Of a stretch of 64,000 bases of DNA, positions 1 to 11,263 are shown piece by piece. How positions within the stretch are numbered: the first letter of the stretch is position 1; each line of letters opens with the position of its first letter. The notes below the pieces were generated by a model. It searched no databases. It saw only the letters and a list, made by a program, of their open reading frames with translations, and had not been told where the DNA came from. A program made the position numbers and the translations under genes. This DNA is from Klebsormidium nitens (taxonomy: Eukaryota > Plantae > Klebsormidiophyceae): assembly GCA_000708835.1 (NCBI GenBank), contig DF237105.1, positions 99,546 to 163,545 on the forward strand, in the 5' to 3' direction.

Positions 1-25
1 AACGCCCAACTCAACGCCTGCGCTT

Positions 26-765
26 TTATGCTGGTTGCGGGTGCGCGCTCCTCTCCAATCGCTTCCTGCATGGGCCCAGAAGGTCGATGAATGATGCATT
101 GTCTCCATCGGGCAGCTCAAATGTAATGTTTCCGAAGCGATCAAAATCACGCGTCTTGAAGAGGTCCTTGAGCTTGTGACCCCCCAAAATACAATCAGGT
201 TTCCTATCAATGATTCTCAAGAGCACGTCGAAATTCTTGTCAGGTCTCTTCCTGTTGATATTTCGTGCGCACTGGCAAGTGGGACAATTCTCATGGTATT
301 TGCAAAGCTCGGAGCCCCCTCTCAATTTGGCTTGCTGGGCCGCAGCTGCCATTTTGTCCTGATGCTACTAATGAAAGAGAAGATAAATGAGCATGTACTC
401 ACCGGCGCCTCGGCCTCGCGCACCCTGGGCTTTAATCCCTTGGCGCCACCCTTGTTGATAACCTGCTCAGCGGCCGTGAGCTGTCGCTTCTTGCGCTCTA
501 CGGTGCCCTCGTTTTGGCCTCTTAGGAACGAGATCAGCCCGTCAACCAGCGCCAACACCTGCGTCCAGTGGCCATCCCAATGCAGCTGCAAAATTGGTGT
601 GTCCGCACCACCATCGAGCCGCTCGCTTAACGCAACGGTCCTGCCGTCGGCTGCTTCCACAACCTTGCCAAGCAGCTTCCCTATGCAGCTGAGGCAAATA
701 AGAGACCTGGCCTGCTTTGCTCGGGGCCCCCTCCGCGCTGATGAGGTAGCCTCTCTGCACCCCAT
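26..765 (-). CDS. Putative spliced gene of unknown function (partial model, Cys/His-rich C-terminus)
   Basis: ORF 322..765 joins in phase to ORF 26..352 through a GTGAGT...CAG intron (402..359, only 44 nt), giving ...REAEAP|DKMAAAAQQ...CKYHENCPTCQC... An upstream frame reads CQERVAVKCLTC but is out of phase, so the 5' end is unresolved. Confidence 0.35.
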
Positions 766-1439
766 TGGATTGCTGTCCTTTCCGGAATGCCAGCCGCAAG
801 CAGCCCTCCTCGTCCTTTACCCACAGCTGCTGTCTACATGTCAGGCACTTGACCGCAACGCGCTCTTGGCAGCTAGAGAAGTCGACCCTAAAGTGACCTC
901 AAGCTATATGGTCGAATGTAGGTTTGTCTAACCTTATCCGTTCACCACTGCTAACCAGATGCACCTCTACTACAGCCATTTCCACCCCCCGCTGCCTCAG
1001 ATGGGATGCCCAAGGGCGGCGGCCTCTCTCTAAGTGCCTCTCTCTCCTCGGTCCGAACTTCCCGGGGCCTCGGTCTTGCCCTTTCAGTTCGGTCTCTTAT
1101 CTCTAAGCCTCTCAACCGACTCCTACGATGAAATACCCTCGGGGCCCCCGGTCGCTTGTCCCTAAGTTCCGACCCATTCGACGAGCGGGTGCTCGAAAAT
1201 GTCAAGGGACCGCCGTGGGGGTGCTGACGTGGCGTCCTCTCCGGGTCATGTCACCAAATTTACCGTCACGGCACAATCCGGCAGCCTCGGTACCGTAGCG
1301 TCACCGTCCGATCCCTCTGGAATGATCTTCACCGTCGAGATAATGCCAAACTCCCCTTGGTAGGCCCAACGCCCCGGCCCCCAGGTGTTAAAAGTAGGCT
1401 TGCAACCTGAAACCAATGATGTGCTGGCAGCCAAACGGC

Positions 1440-1572
1440 TAAAATCGTAAGAACACTTAACAACCAATCACAGCTCCAGGATTGTCAGTTCCGTTCAATC
1501 TCAACCTTCCGATAGGGGTGCTGGGGGGCGCCCGGACAGTTGCAAAGCGCTTCTGGTGTAACGGAAACGCCG
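1440..1572 (+). repeat. Direct repeat copy 1 of YR retroelement (candidate split direct repeat)
   Basis: taaaatcgtaagaacacttaacaaccaatcacagctccaggattgtcagttccgttcaatctcaacctt...gaaacgccg closely matches 2283..2416. Confidence 0.9.
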
Positions 1573-2282
1573 GGTAAGGCATAGGGGCACCGGAGGTTTG
1601 CGTATGACGTCCGGGACAGTGCGGCGACCTGCAGGGGTTGTATTACCGGAGAAAGTCGCCGCGGACCGAAGGTTGAAATTTTGCGGTTCTGAATCGGGGG
1701 GATGAATAGCGACGGTTGGGAGCAGTCGATCGGAGAAGTTAGGGTTTGGAGGTGTAAAGCGATACGCGCTGAGCGGTGGGGCCGAGCTCTGGCGAGTTGG
1801 GAGTAAAAGGAGGTCTGCCTTAAAAGAGATGGTGGTGAAGGCGCCTTCGGTAATGGAGGTCGCGTTAGGAAGCAGTGGTGTTGTAGCGGCCACTGAGAAG
1901 TGAGGTTTTCGTCTTATGCGTCGTCAGCCTGTCTTTAGGGTGGATGAACTGGGTCGAAGCAGAGCTTCTCGAAAGAAGCGCTCAACAAATAGAGGAGGCG
2001 CCACGGGCGCTTTCCTTCTTTACAGACTTGAAAGAGTACGAGGTCTTTCTACTTTTGAATAAGACGTCCAGAGGCGCAGCGTGAGTCAGCGGGGGCAACT
2101 CGGCAGCACAGCTAGGCGCGCGTGCACGGCACGCGCGCTCAGGCGGCAGGCGGCAGGCGGCCCGGTTGTATGCGCCCGGTGCTTATGTCAGGTGCCACAT
2201 TCCGGGCTTAAACTTCTTGTGTGATCTAACGGACTTAGCTGAATTCACAGTGCATCATAGAGCAGGCGAGTATTCCGATGAT

Positions 2283-2416
2283 TAAAATCATAAGAACACT
2301 TTAACAACCAATCACAGCTCCAGGATTGTCAGTTCCGTTCAATCTCAACCTTCTGATAGGGGTGCTGGGTGGCGCCCGGACGGTTGCAAAGGGCTCCTGG
2401 TGTGCCAGAAACGCCG
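2283..2416 (+). repeat. Direct repeat copy 2 of YR retroelement
   Basis: Near-identical to 1440..1572, with a long exact core caaccaatcacagctccaggattgtcagttccgttcaatctcaacctt. Lies ~160 bp upstream of the likely YR ATG (2574). Confidence 0.9.
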
Positions 2417-3604
2417 CCCCAAAAAGACAATCGTTTGCCAAACGACAATTATTGGACTCAGATAATAGTGTTTTGTGTCTTATGCGGTGTTGAGTTTCAA
2501 CAAAAATGCGAAGAACAGCTGCGGACTGTCAGAGCGGTTGGGTTGGGTGGGAACTGCACAGCAGGGGAGAGGATGAGTTCGGAGCAGACGCGACGCCTTT
2601 ACGAGGGGGCGCTCACTAGCTTCGGAAAGATTGCGGAAAAGAGTGTGAATGAGGCCAGTAATAATAGCCGAAAGCCAACATTCCAGCAGTTTCAAGGTTT
2701 CTTGGCGCGAAACGCCTTTCGCGTCACCGTTGAGACGGCCACGGCTGCCGATGTAGGGGAGTTTATCGTTGGGGATTGGATCCCCAGCCATATCGCCGGC
2801 TGCCGCACGAAGCTGCCGCAAACTAGGAAAAGCATTCCGTCAATATCCGCAGTGACCCACGTGGTGAAAGATTTAGCCAAGTCGTACGCTTTGCTTGGCT
2901 ACGAAGGTCGGAGCAACCCTGCCAAAGCCGAAGTAGTTGAATTATTTCGGGTGGGCTACGAAAAGATGCTGCACGAGCAGGGTGTGAAGGTCAAACGGGC
3001 GAAAGTGTTTACGGAGGAGAAGTTGGACGGCCTGCTGGCGCATATTGCGCAACTGATCCGGGCGAGCCGCCTGGGTTTAGCGAGATGCGTCCTGCTCACC
3101 GACCAGGCGGCCGTGCTATACCTTTGGGAATCCCTTGCGCGCGGAAAGGAGTGCGGACAGTTGCAGCGACAACAAGTCAAACTGGGGGAGCAGGCAGCCT
3201 ACTCGGGTTGGAGCAAAACCGTCCGGCAGGAATCGAGCGCGCGTATTCGGCTCGCGGCGCCGATTCCGGAGGGGCGCCTGGCGTTTGTGGAATCCGCCGT
3301 CCAGCTGCTGCACGGGATGGAAGAAGGGAGCTTTCCCGTTGGCGAGGATGGGTTCCTCTTTCGCGCCATCAATCGGAGTCGCACCGGCTTCGTCAACGAG
3401 CCGATGAGCAGCGATACGCTGAGGAAGCGGTTACAAAAAGACGCTGGTTTATTTGAGGGGGTGATCGTGCATAGCTTCAAGCGTTCGGCCGTCAAGCATG
3501 CGGCTGTAAATCTGAATTACAACGTGACGGAGTTAATGGATTTAGGACGTTGGAGGAGCTATGCAGTTTTTCGACTGTACGTAGAGGAAATTTGGCAAAA
3601 GTGA
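2369..3604 (+). CDS. Tyrosine recombinase of DIRS-type retroelement (likely start ATG 2574)
   Basis: Uninterrupted ORF with lambda-integrase-family catalytic residues: R (ESLARGKE), HxxR (HSFKRS), GRW (DLGRWRS) and Tyr (FRLYVEE). N-terminal helical domain FQQFQGFLARN. Confidence 0.88.
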   Translation: MAPGRLQRAPGVPETPPQKDNRLPNDNYWTQIIVFCVLCGVEFQQKCEEQLRTVRAVGLGGNCTAGERMSSEQTRRLYEGALTSFGKIAEKSVNEASNNSRKPTFQQFQGFLARNAFRVTVETATAADVGEFIVGDWIPSHIAGCRTKLPQTRKSIPSISAVTHVVKDLAKSYALLGYEGRSNPAKAEVVELFRVGYEKMLHEQGVKVKRAKVFTEEKLDGLLAHIAQLIRASRLGLARCVLLTDQAAVLYLWESLARGKECGQLQRQQVKLGEQAAYSGWSKTVRQESSARIRLAAPIPEGRLAFVESAVQLLHGMEEGSFPVGEDGFLFRAINRSRTGFVNEPMSSDTLRKRLQKDAGLFEGVIVHSFKRSAVKHAAVNLNYNVTELMDLGRWRSYAVFRLYVEEIWQK

Positions 3605-3913
3605 CGTTGATTAGATCAATTGCCTGTGCACTGACGTTTTTCCGGCTGAGACCGACCTCAGAGAAATTTAATCAATCTCGACCAGTTGCAACGGCTAATG
3701 TTGTTTTATACCGGGTTCGTTATCCACATGTCGCTGCACTTATTGCCACAGGCGTGTCTGGCTGGGCCTATTATAAGCGCCCACGAATGACGTTTGAGTT
3801 CTGCATCTCGTGCTTGTCTCTAATGTTGCGTGCACTTGTCACTCAGAAGCACCGCTACATCATTTATCCTTTATGGAGCACATAGTGCGAATCCCTCCCT
3901 CCTCTTGCCTACC

Positions 3914-6130
3914 TTACTTCCAGTCAATCTTTAAAACTCTAAGCTTATATAATGCTGGATTGACCGTTTCAACCGGTACCCTCCTGCTAGGAATGCACGC
4001 ATCTGTAGACCGCTCATGCCAGAGGCACTGCCACGCTTGCGCCGCTGCCTAAACTCATCAGCTCGACCCACCAGTTTGTGGTGGTCGCTTCCGGAACCAC
4101 TAGAATCGCGTCCGTTCTGAAATTCGCGTTGACTGCAACACGCTAGGTATCGCCCTAACTGGCGGGAATATCCACGCCGTTTCGCCTTGTCTAACTAGCG
4201 TCCTCCAATCTGTGCTGAGAGCGTCGACTGCAAGGCAGCCTCGCATATAGCGGGGGGTTACAAATTGCCCCGCCACATGCCACGTGTCAGAAGCAAACAT
4301 GTCGACGTCTGGCCGACCGAAGAGCGAGATGACGTCAGCAAAAACCTTGGGGTTTAGTCCGCAGTCCGACGCGTCGGGGACTAGGCTGAGAGCGTCATGT
4401 TCAGCCAGCTCCACCCGCGGCTTCCACTGGGCCAAAACGTCGAAGTCCGCCTCTGAGCACAGCTTGAAGATCTCTTGTAAAACGGCGTTTAGATCGGGCG
4501 CCGAGCTCCTGAAGCTGTTAACGGCCGCCACCGCTCCTTGGTTATCGCCAACCAACAAAAGGGCTGCCCCCGAGAGGAGAGGACGGTGGTGCTGCACTGC
4601 TTGCTGTAGAATTCGAAGACACCCCACCATTTCGCACGCGGTGCTGGATTGTTGGACCTCCGTCTCGATTAAGGACCCCGCTAAGTGGAAAGGGGGGCTG
4701 CCGGCTATGTAGAGGGATCCCCCGAAACGGAAGTCCGAGGCGTCCGAAGCGGCCTCGATTCGGATCTGACGTGGAAACCAACGCCGTCCGTTCGAGTCGT
4801 CCAGGCGCTCCAGGAAGAGTTTGACCGCGTCCTTGGCCGCTTGTGGGGTAGCAAAAAATCGCATCCCACGAAATGCGACCTTGCATCGCTTGGAATAGGG
4901 GCCTGCTATACAAGGAAGCGGGAAGCACCGCAGGCCCCAGCGCGATAATCTTTCCCGCCACATTGGCAAGAATCCGAGGGCTGACTTCCCTTGCCTATAG
5001 AAGCTCCGTTAAGGCCGCTTTCACCTTTGCCATCTTGGCTGCTGAGACCCTGAACTGTTCCGCTTGCGTGTCCACAACAAACCCCAGCCAGTCGCCTGTC
5101 TGGGCTGGCCAGAATTGGCATTTTGGCAGACTGAAAATTGCCCCAAGGAGGGCGAGGAAGCGAACAATCGCCACGATTAGCCAGAGGCAAAGGGCGAAGT
5201 CCTGGTTGGCCGTCAGACCGTCATCCAGATAACTGGAAACGGGGATACCCTGGGTTTTGAGCTCTTTCGCCGCTTCTTGGGTTATCAGCGTAAACGCATA
5301 GCAGGCTTCGGACCACCCGAAGCACATTACGTTGTAGTAAGTATACGATGCCGATCTTGAAGCCGAAGTAGGTCCGAAAGCGGGGATGAATGAGGACGTG
5401 GTAGTAGCCGGCCTTGAAGTACCACGTGGCGAAAAAACCTTTGGACGAGAGGAAGGTGAGGAACTGAGTCGCGGAGCATTTCGTACTTGAACGGGTGCGC
5501 TTTTGAAAAAGCGTTGATGTAGCCGGCATCCAGAACGAGGCGTCCTTTGGGGAGGTTTACCACGCTCAGGGGGTTTACGACTTTCGATTTTGTCTCCCCC
5601 GCCGCGCAGAGGTGAACGGAGCCGTTGACGAGCAGCTCCCCCACTGTTTTGAGAGCAAACTCCGAATTCTCGTAAAACGAGCGGAGGTAAGGAAATTTCA
5701 CCGGGTGGGGCACGTCCCCCGAGAGCCACTCTTCAAATCTTGAAACACCCACCGTTCGCCTGAGCATAAGCCGAACCCTTTCTAATTTCTTAGGGTCGCA
5801 CTCTGCCGTTCCCACGAAGGACGGCTTGATTCCGTGCCGCAATGAGGACAACACCGTCTTGGAGGAAGGCCTCGTCGAATCCTTCAGCAATCTTCCCAAA
5901 TCGGGAGGTGGCGGCTGAAGCAGCCCGCCACAAAACTCTCTACCGGATGCACTTTGGTTACAACGGACATGAGCCACTCTGACAATTCGCCTTCTCGTAG
6001 CGGGCTTATCTCAGGCCCCGCCTCGATTTCCATCAGAAGCTCCCTCAGATCCTGGACAAACTGTTCGTGATTCGGCGTCTGCGGAATTCGAGGAGCGAAC
6101 TGGGCGAAGAATCGAACATTCCCAATCTGA
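3914..6130 (-). pseudogene. pol (reverse transcriptase + RNase H + N6-adenine MTase-like) with several frameshifts and an in-frame stop
   Basis: Motifs spread over several frames: FVAGCFSRHLPIWE / VNPLSVVNLPKGRLVLDAGYIN / FKAGYYHVLIHP / VMCFGWSEAC..SYLDDGL..KCQFWPAQTGDWLGFVVDT / SDASDF..STACEMVG..GDNQGAV..QWKPR / PDVDMFAS..DALSTDW..AWIFPP / DAILVVPE..WW..LRVLKIDWK* (stop 3914-3916). Confidence 0.9.
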
Positions 6131-6981
6131 CGGATCTGAGGCGTTAGCGGGATTGCCTGACGGATCTGCGTTAATGTCTATCTCTACCGTTGACGGCTCG
6201 AACGAGTTGCAGCGTCTCCGTCGAGCCCAACATCCGGGGAAACCTCCGTAAATTCGTTTGCTTGCTCTTGGCTAGCTAGGGGATCCCCTCCAGGCAGCGC
6301 GGCCGCCGCCGCCGCCATAGGCGCTGAGGGGCTGTCAGTCTAACATACGGCTTTCAACTAAGGCAGGGTCCTTTCGTCCATGACAACTCTAATCTTCGAT
6401 TAAGAATACTCTCCTTATGCGACGGCCTAGATTCGACGAGAAGCGCTGCGGAAGAGGGATCCCCCCGCGCGGCGCGGCCGCCGCGTCGCCATATGCTATG
6501 AGCTGCTCTTGACACACGGGTAATTAGGAACGACAGTCATGCCCATTTTTCTCTGGCATCCAGACGTGAAGATGGGGCTCTAAAAGACAGAATGATAACT
6601 TTTCTTATAATGCGTTGAAAATCGGGCGCCGGTACTCGCCTCTAAAAGCTGAATGACGAAATGAGACATTCGTGGTCTTGTCTACCTTGTCAAATTGCAA
6701 ACGTTCAAGTGAATCCAATCTGACGGCCGCGCCGATACATGTAATCCAATTCGGGACTTCGAATTGTTCTCGACGGGTCCTCGATTGCTTATCTTCTGAC
6801 TCTGCAACATGTAAGTTCTTTCTCGGCCTTGCCACTAACCGCCCATGAAGCTAAGCCAACAGCGTGACAACCAGTCTTTAACCGAATATGTACGAACATA
6901 TTTACCTGCTTCCTCTATTCTGGCCTGCAGCAGGATCTCTCTCTATCTTCAAACCTAGGGCGTCCGCCACCTTAGCCGCCT

Positions 6982-8002
6982 CTAAATTTCTGCCTTCCTC
7001 CCGAATGAGGGGCGTTCCAGCCGCCTTGGTTGTTGTTGTTCCTCCTGCGATCCGGTACATACCAGCATCAGGACACATGCCTGCCTATTATAGGCTTTTC
7101 TCACATTTTGAGGGGCGTCTATGCCCGAGCGTGCAGCCCTGTAACGGCACACATGGCATGGCAACATGCCTTTCTGGTCCTTATCGGACGGTAACCCTTT
7201 ACCGGATAGTGCCCACAGGGCTCTGCCAGTTCGCCAACAGAAGACTTTATTTGCTCACAGGGCAAGCCAACATGTTCACCGACTTGTCATTTCTGTCCCA
7301 GAGAGAAGCTAAGTTCCTGCTGATGGAAGCAATACCTCTGAAAACTCTGAGATTGAAGGTTTTTAGTACGTACGTTTTTGGGCACGGGCGTCGCTTGCTT
7401 TCATACGAAATCTCTTGCCAGATTTCAGGTTCATCAATATTTGAGACCCAGTCGGATATGGCAAACTGGACTTTGTGAGGGGGGGCGACCTCACATGCTG
7501 GAAGGATCTGCACACAGCCCCCTCCATTCACCAACTCTGAAAATAGAACCTCCCCTCGTGCCAAGCAGATCCGCATGGTCTCCGACCCGAAACTGGCCCA
7601 GCTGTCATAGGCATGGCTTGCCACCAAGATTTTGAAAACAGGAGAGATACCTTGGTGCCTTGACCGACGAGCTCGTCTCCAAAGTACGTCTCGGATGCCA
7701 TCCATCGCACGCGTTTCAGATGATACCCAGGACACCGTGTGAGCAGATTTGCAAAACTGGCCCACCCTGCTTCGCCATGACTTTGTTGACCTCCGTTCAA
7801 GAGCGGTGCAGAGCTCAGGCACGGCCTTTCTGCAGGCGCGCTCCCAACCCCTTTCCTTCAGCAAGCTTGCAAAGCGCGTCGATACGCGGGAAAGGCTCGC
7901 CAGAGTCTTGGAATCTATTCCTGGAGGGATTGGAGTTAGGGTTTTGTCAAGGATCAGGCAGACAAGGTCGTCGCTCAGGCTCTCGGATCTTGTGATTCCC
8001 AC
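6982..8002 (-). pseudogene. EID1-like F-box protein, frameshifted (probable pseudogene)
   Basis: N-terminus LSDDLVCLIL..LASLSRVSTRFASLLKERGWERACRKAVPELC is F-box-like. GWASFANLLTRCPG lies in a second frame, and later LPACE, VFRGI and CHVC segments follow the motif order I recall for plant EID1/EDL proteins. Frame changes are needed to join them. Confidence 0.5.
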
Positions 8003-8141
8003 GATTGACTGTGAAAGCCACTCAAAAAATTGCTACCTACTTTGGAAAACATAAAAAGGCCCCCTTGCCCATGACCCAATCTGTCAGGCTTTGTGATGCC
8101 GCGGACGCCATTGCACGGGCCTATTTTCTATCCTGATCGAT

Positions 8142-8279
8142 GTAGTGAACAGTAACGGCCAGTGAACAGTAACGGAGACGGGTAGGGTTAGTTAGGGGGT
8201 TAGGGTGGGTACGGGTGCGGAGCGGGTGATCCTTTAGGTTAGGGTTTTTAGTAACCCCAAAATGCTTACTGTTCACTAC
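8142..8279. mobile_element. 138-bp MITE-like element with 14-bp terminal inverted repeats and telomere-like core
   Basis: GTAGTGAACAGTAA (8142-8155) and TTACTGTTCACTAC (8266-8279) are perfect inverted repeats; alternatively an 11-bp TIR with a TA TSD. Internal second AGTGAACAGTAACGG and TTAGGG-like tracts. Confidence 0.75.
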
Positions 8280-10736
8280 TAAGGCTTGCTTGCTGCTCAC
8301 TTGATCGAGACATACCTAATACCTATTTTCTTGCTGGCCCAACGTTTGTTCGCTTTCACTGCTTCAGGAGTGCGTCCAATGGATTTGTACCAGACGTTAT
8401 GACGCTTCAGCATAGCAAATGCACAGTGCCCCATCTGGATTGCAGCGACACAGAGGCCGTAAACCGCTGCTTTGGTGTCGCTGAGACAATGAACCTGTCG
8501 AGCGACCTTCTCACGTTGCTCCTCGAGCAACAAGTCGCCGACTCAAATCTGTCATCGGACGAGTACAATTTTCATGCACTCCCCCTCGCGAGCTACGGCG
8601 CAGGATCACGTCTGCTGCACTTGTACAGTCTGTACCACTAATCAGGAATCAGGAATCAGTAGGACGGTTCTGCTGGCATGGCTCCTCTGCATTGAGAATC
8701 CATTCCCCAAAGCTGCACCTACCAAACAATCGGGAAGACTCGCTCTTTGCCATTATCATGCACGTATGACCGCCCAAGCTACTGCAGGAGCACTGCCGAC
8801 GCACCAACATAGGTTCTATCTTTTTTGTCTCAATAACCTCTCACTGTCTCTCCTCTTTTGCCTTGGGCATAGCACGCTGCGCAGCATCCATCAGCCTGGC
8901 CGCTCAAACAAGGCATTGCTGACTTCTAGACCCTGAGGCACCGCTACTGACAAGCAGATGCAAAGAATCTTCAGGTTGAGAAGCGCCACCAATGCCAAGA
9001 CCAAGTGATTCTTTCACGCCCTCAGTCAATTGAGGGCTGTAGCATTGTCCTGAAGTGGACGTAGAGACAAGCAGCAGTGCTCATGGATTGACTGAGTTCT
9101 CCACTTCCAATATTGCCGGATGTGGCAACCTGATCAGCAAGGTCGTGTCTGCTGACTCGCCGTGTGTTATTACACTGAAGTGTATATTTGTGCTTGGGAG
9201 GGCCCAGTACTTCTTGAGTACCAGAGTGAGGGTTTCACTGCACTGGGCTTGGCATATGTTGAGACATACTTAAAAGTATCTGCAATACAATGAATGAGGG
9301 AACGAAAGTATTGAGCTGAGTGCGAGTTGCAAAGCTTCAGGTGAGTCAAAGAACGCAAGCATTCAGCCACGCCGCTGTCCGCAGCTGGACATCCTAATGG
9401 GCGTACTTCTTGTGTCTTTCTTTGATCTGGTGACATCCTGCTCTGATCAAAGTAGTCTGCCTTGATTTTAGCCTGTCCGAGTTCAGATTCAAGAAGAACC
9501 GGTCACATCTGCTTGGGGCTTGTTCCTTCTCCTGACTTTGCAACTGCTTAAGCCTGATGGAGTACCTCTGGCTGCATATGGCGACTTCTTTAGCTATCTC
9601 AGTGACATGCTTGGGGCAGCACTGGAGTAGTGTCAAGGTTTGCCTGTGAAAGGAGTGTGCGCCGGACTGGGTTTAGTGGGAGCTCAGGTTCCTTTTCTCA
9701 ACGGCTCCTACGGAGGTCTAACAGTGAGATCAGAAACTAATGGTACACTAGAGAGGATGTGTGCGATATGATTGTCTGTCCTCCCTCAAAAACAAACACA
9801 TTGCAGATTGAACATGTATATGTTTCTTTCATGTCACCTTGCTTCATCTGATGCCTCAGTATCGTTCAGCTGTCAGCTAAAAACAGTTCTGGGGATAATC
9901 TAGGGCTTGGCGATCTGTGAGCAATCCAAACATTCTGATTCTGTCATGCTTTCAGGGGCATGATGAGCCATCCGCCAGTGTTTCCCGGGAAAGAGTTTCC
10001 AATCAAAAGCTGGGGGCGCACCTGCTTCGGTGCATTCCTCATATTCTCCCTCTTCTTCCTGTCCCAAGAATCCAATCCTGGTTACAAGATTGGGCGGGTA
10101 AGTTTTTCCAAGTTACGAAATTCTGTTTGAGCTTTGCGCTGCTCCATTGCGTACATGATTGTTTCAAATGCCGACAGGTCAAAGTCTGAGCATCTTCTAC
10201 TGCCTTTCAAAAGCTCATTCCATCGGAAAGTCAGGTGAAAGCGAAGGAACCTCGCTATATTTACCCGTCTCAGTCTGGAAACACTTAGCCCCTGAGTTCC
10301 ATATCTGAATCCTAGCAGCAGTGCAACTTTCTCATATGTGGCTTTCGCATCGGTGGCATTACGCAGAGACTAGTCTGCATCGCTTGCTTCTTCAGCTGGA
10401 ACTACAATCGAAGAGCCAACTCATACATGCTGCCTTTCCTCCTGTTTACAGGGTATCAGTTCGATGCTTCAGAGTAGTGGCAACCATGAGATCCCCCAGC
10501 CACAAGAGAACAGCACCCTATGTCTCGGCATCTATTGCTTAGAAGGACCCCATCTTCGGCAATCGCTTGTAATGCAACCGAGTCACTTTTTTATCAAAAT
10601 ACATGAAGCTTGGACAATGTAAGTATCTTGCCAAAACTTCGATGGTGACAGGCCCTGTCTGACACTTGTGAACTGGAATGCTTCTGCAACTCTAATCCTG
10701 CAAGATTCGGGTCTCGGAAAGCCTTGTTTGGTCCTC

Positions 10737-11000
10737 GAGTTTGACTTCAAGAGCAGCAAAACGGTCCATGCAGGTCTTCTGCACCAAACGGTGAAGTATG
10801 AAGACACAACTCGAGACCAGTATCTTATGCATCTAAGAGAGAGCTTCAGCAGGCAATCAAAATCTCTTCCTCAAAATCTCCTTATTAAACCGGTTTGGTG
10901 TTTGAGGTTGACTTCGAGAGCAGCAGAACGATCCATGCAGGTCTTCTGCACCAAACGCTGATGTCTAAGGACCTTATTCAAGACCAGTATCTTATGCATC
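10737..11000 (+). repeat. Tandem duplication, 167-bp period, coding-like (EFDFKSSKTVHAGLLHQT..DQYLMH / EVDFESSRTIHAGLLHQT..DQYLMH)
   Basis: Two ~97-bp homologous blocks at 10737 and 10904 share exact tccatgcaggtcttctgcaccaaacg. The second copy runs on to a GTAAGT donor at 11081. Confidence 0.8.
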
Positions 11001-11263
11001 CAAGTCAAAGGTTCCGACAGGAGGCGGTCGAACTTTCTATTCCTGCGGCCGGTGTGGTTGAGAATATTTTCAAAGTTTCCGTAAGTCGCTCAGATGTCAT
11101 GCCGTGATGCAGATCCAAATGCTATGGCCGAGCCGTCGGTGCCCCAGGCATCTTCAGTTTGGAGATGACTTACGTAGGCAAGCACATGCTCCGGGTGGAC
11201 TATATGGCACACCAGGTGAGGTTTTTTACGGCCACCTCGCTATCATGCCTCACCTCGTAATCA

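Larger units (their letters stand above)
1440..6500 (-). mobile_element. DIRS-order (tyrosine recombinase) retrotransposon, PAT/kangaroo-like, degenerate
   Basis: RT (YLDD), RNase H (SDASD, STACEM, GDNQGAV) and a Dam-like MT domain on the - strand, a tyrosine recombinase on the + strand, and a ~133-bp direct repeat pair at the left end. Boundaries approximate; no gag recognised. Confidence 0.88.

Noticed and set aside
176-931. 251-aa + strand ORF
   Set aside because: No motifs, and it overlaps a better supported spliced - strand frame, so it is probably a shadow ORF.
1501-1893. 130-aa - strand ORF between the direct repeats, considered as gag or an extra ORF
   Set aside because: No zinc knuckle or other motif, no ATG start, and it lies at the wrong end of the element for gag.
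8297-10200. Several short - strand ORFs and splice-like signals suggesting a decayed gene
   Set aside because: I could not join them in phase or recognise any family motif.
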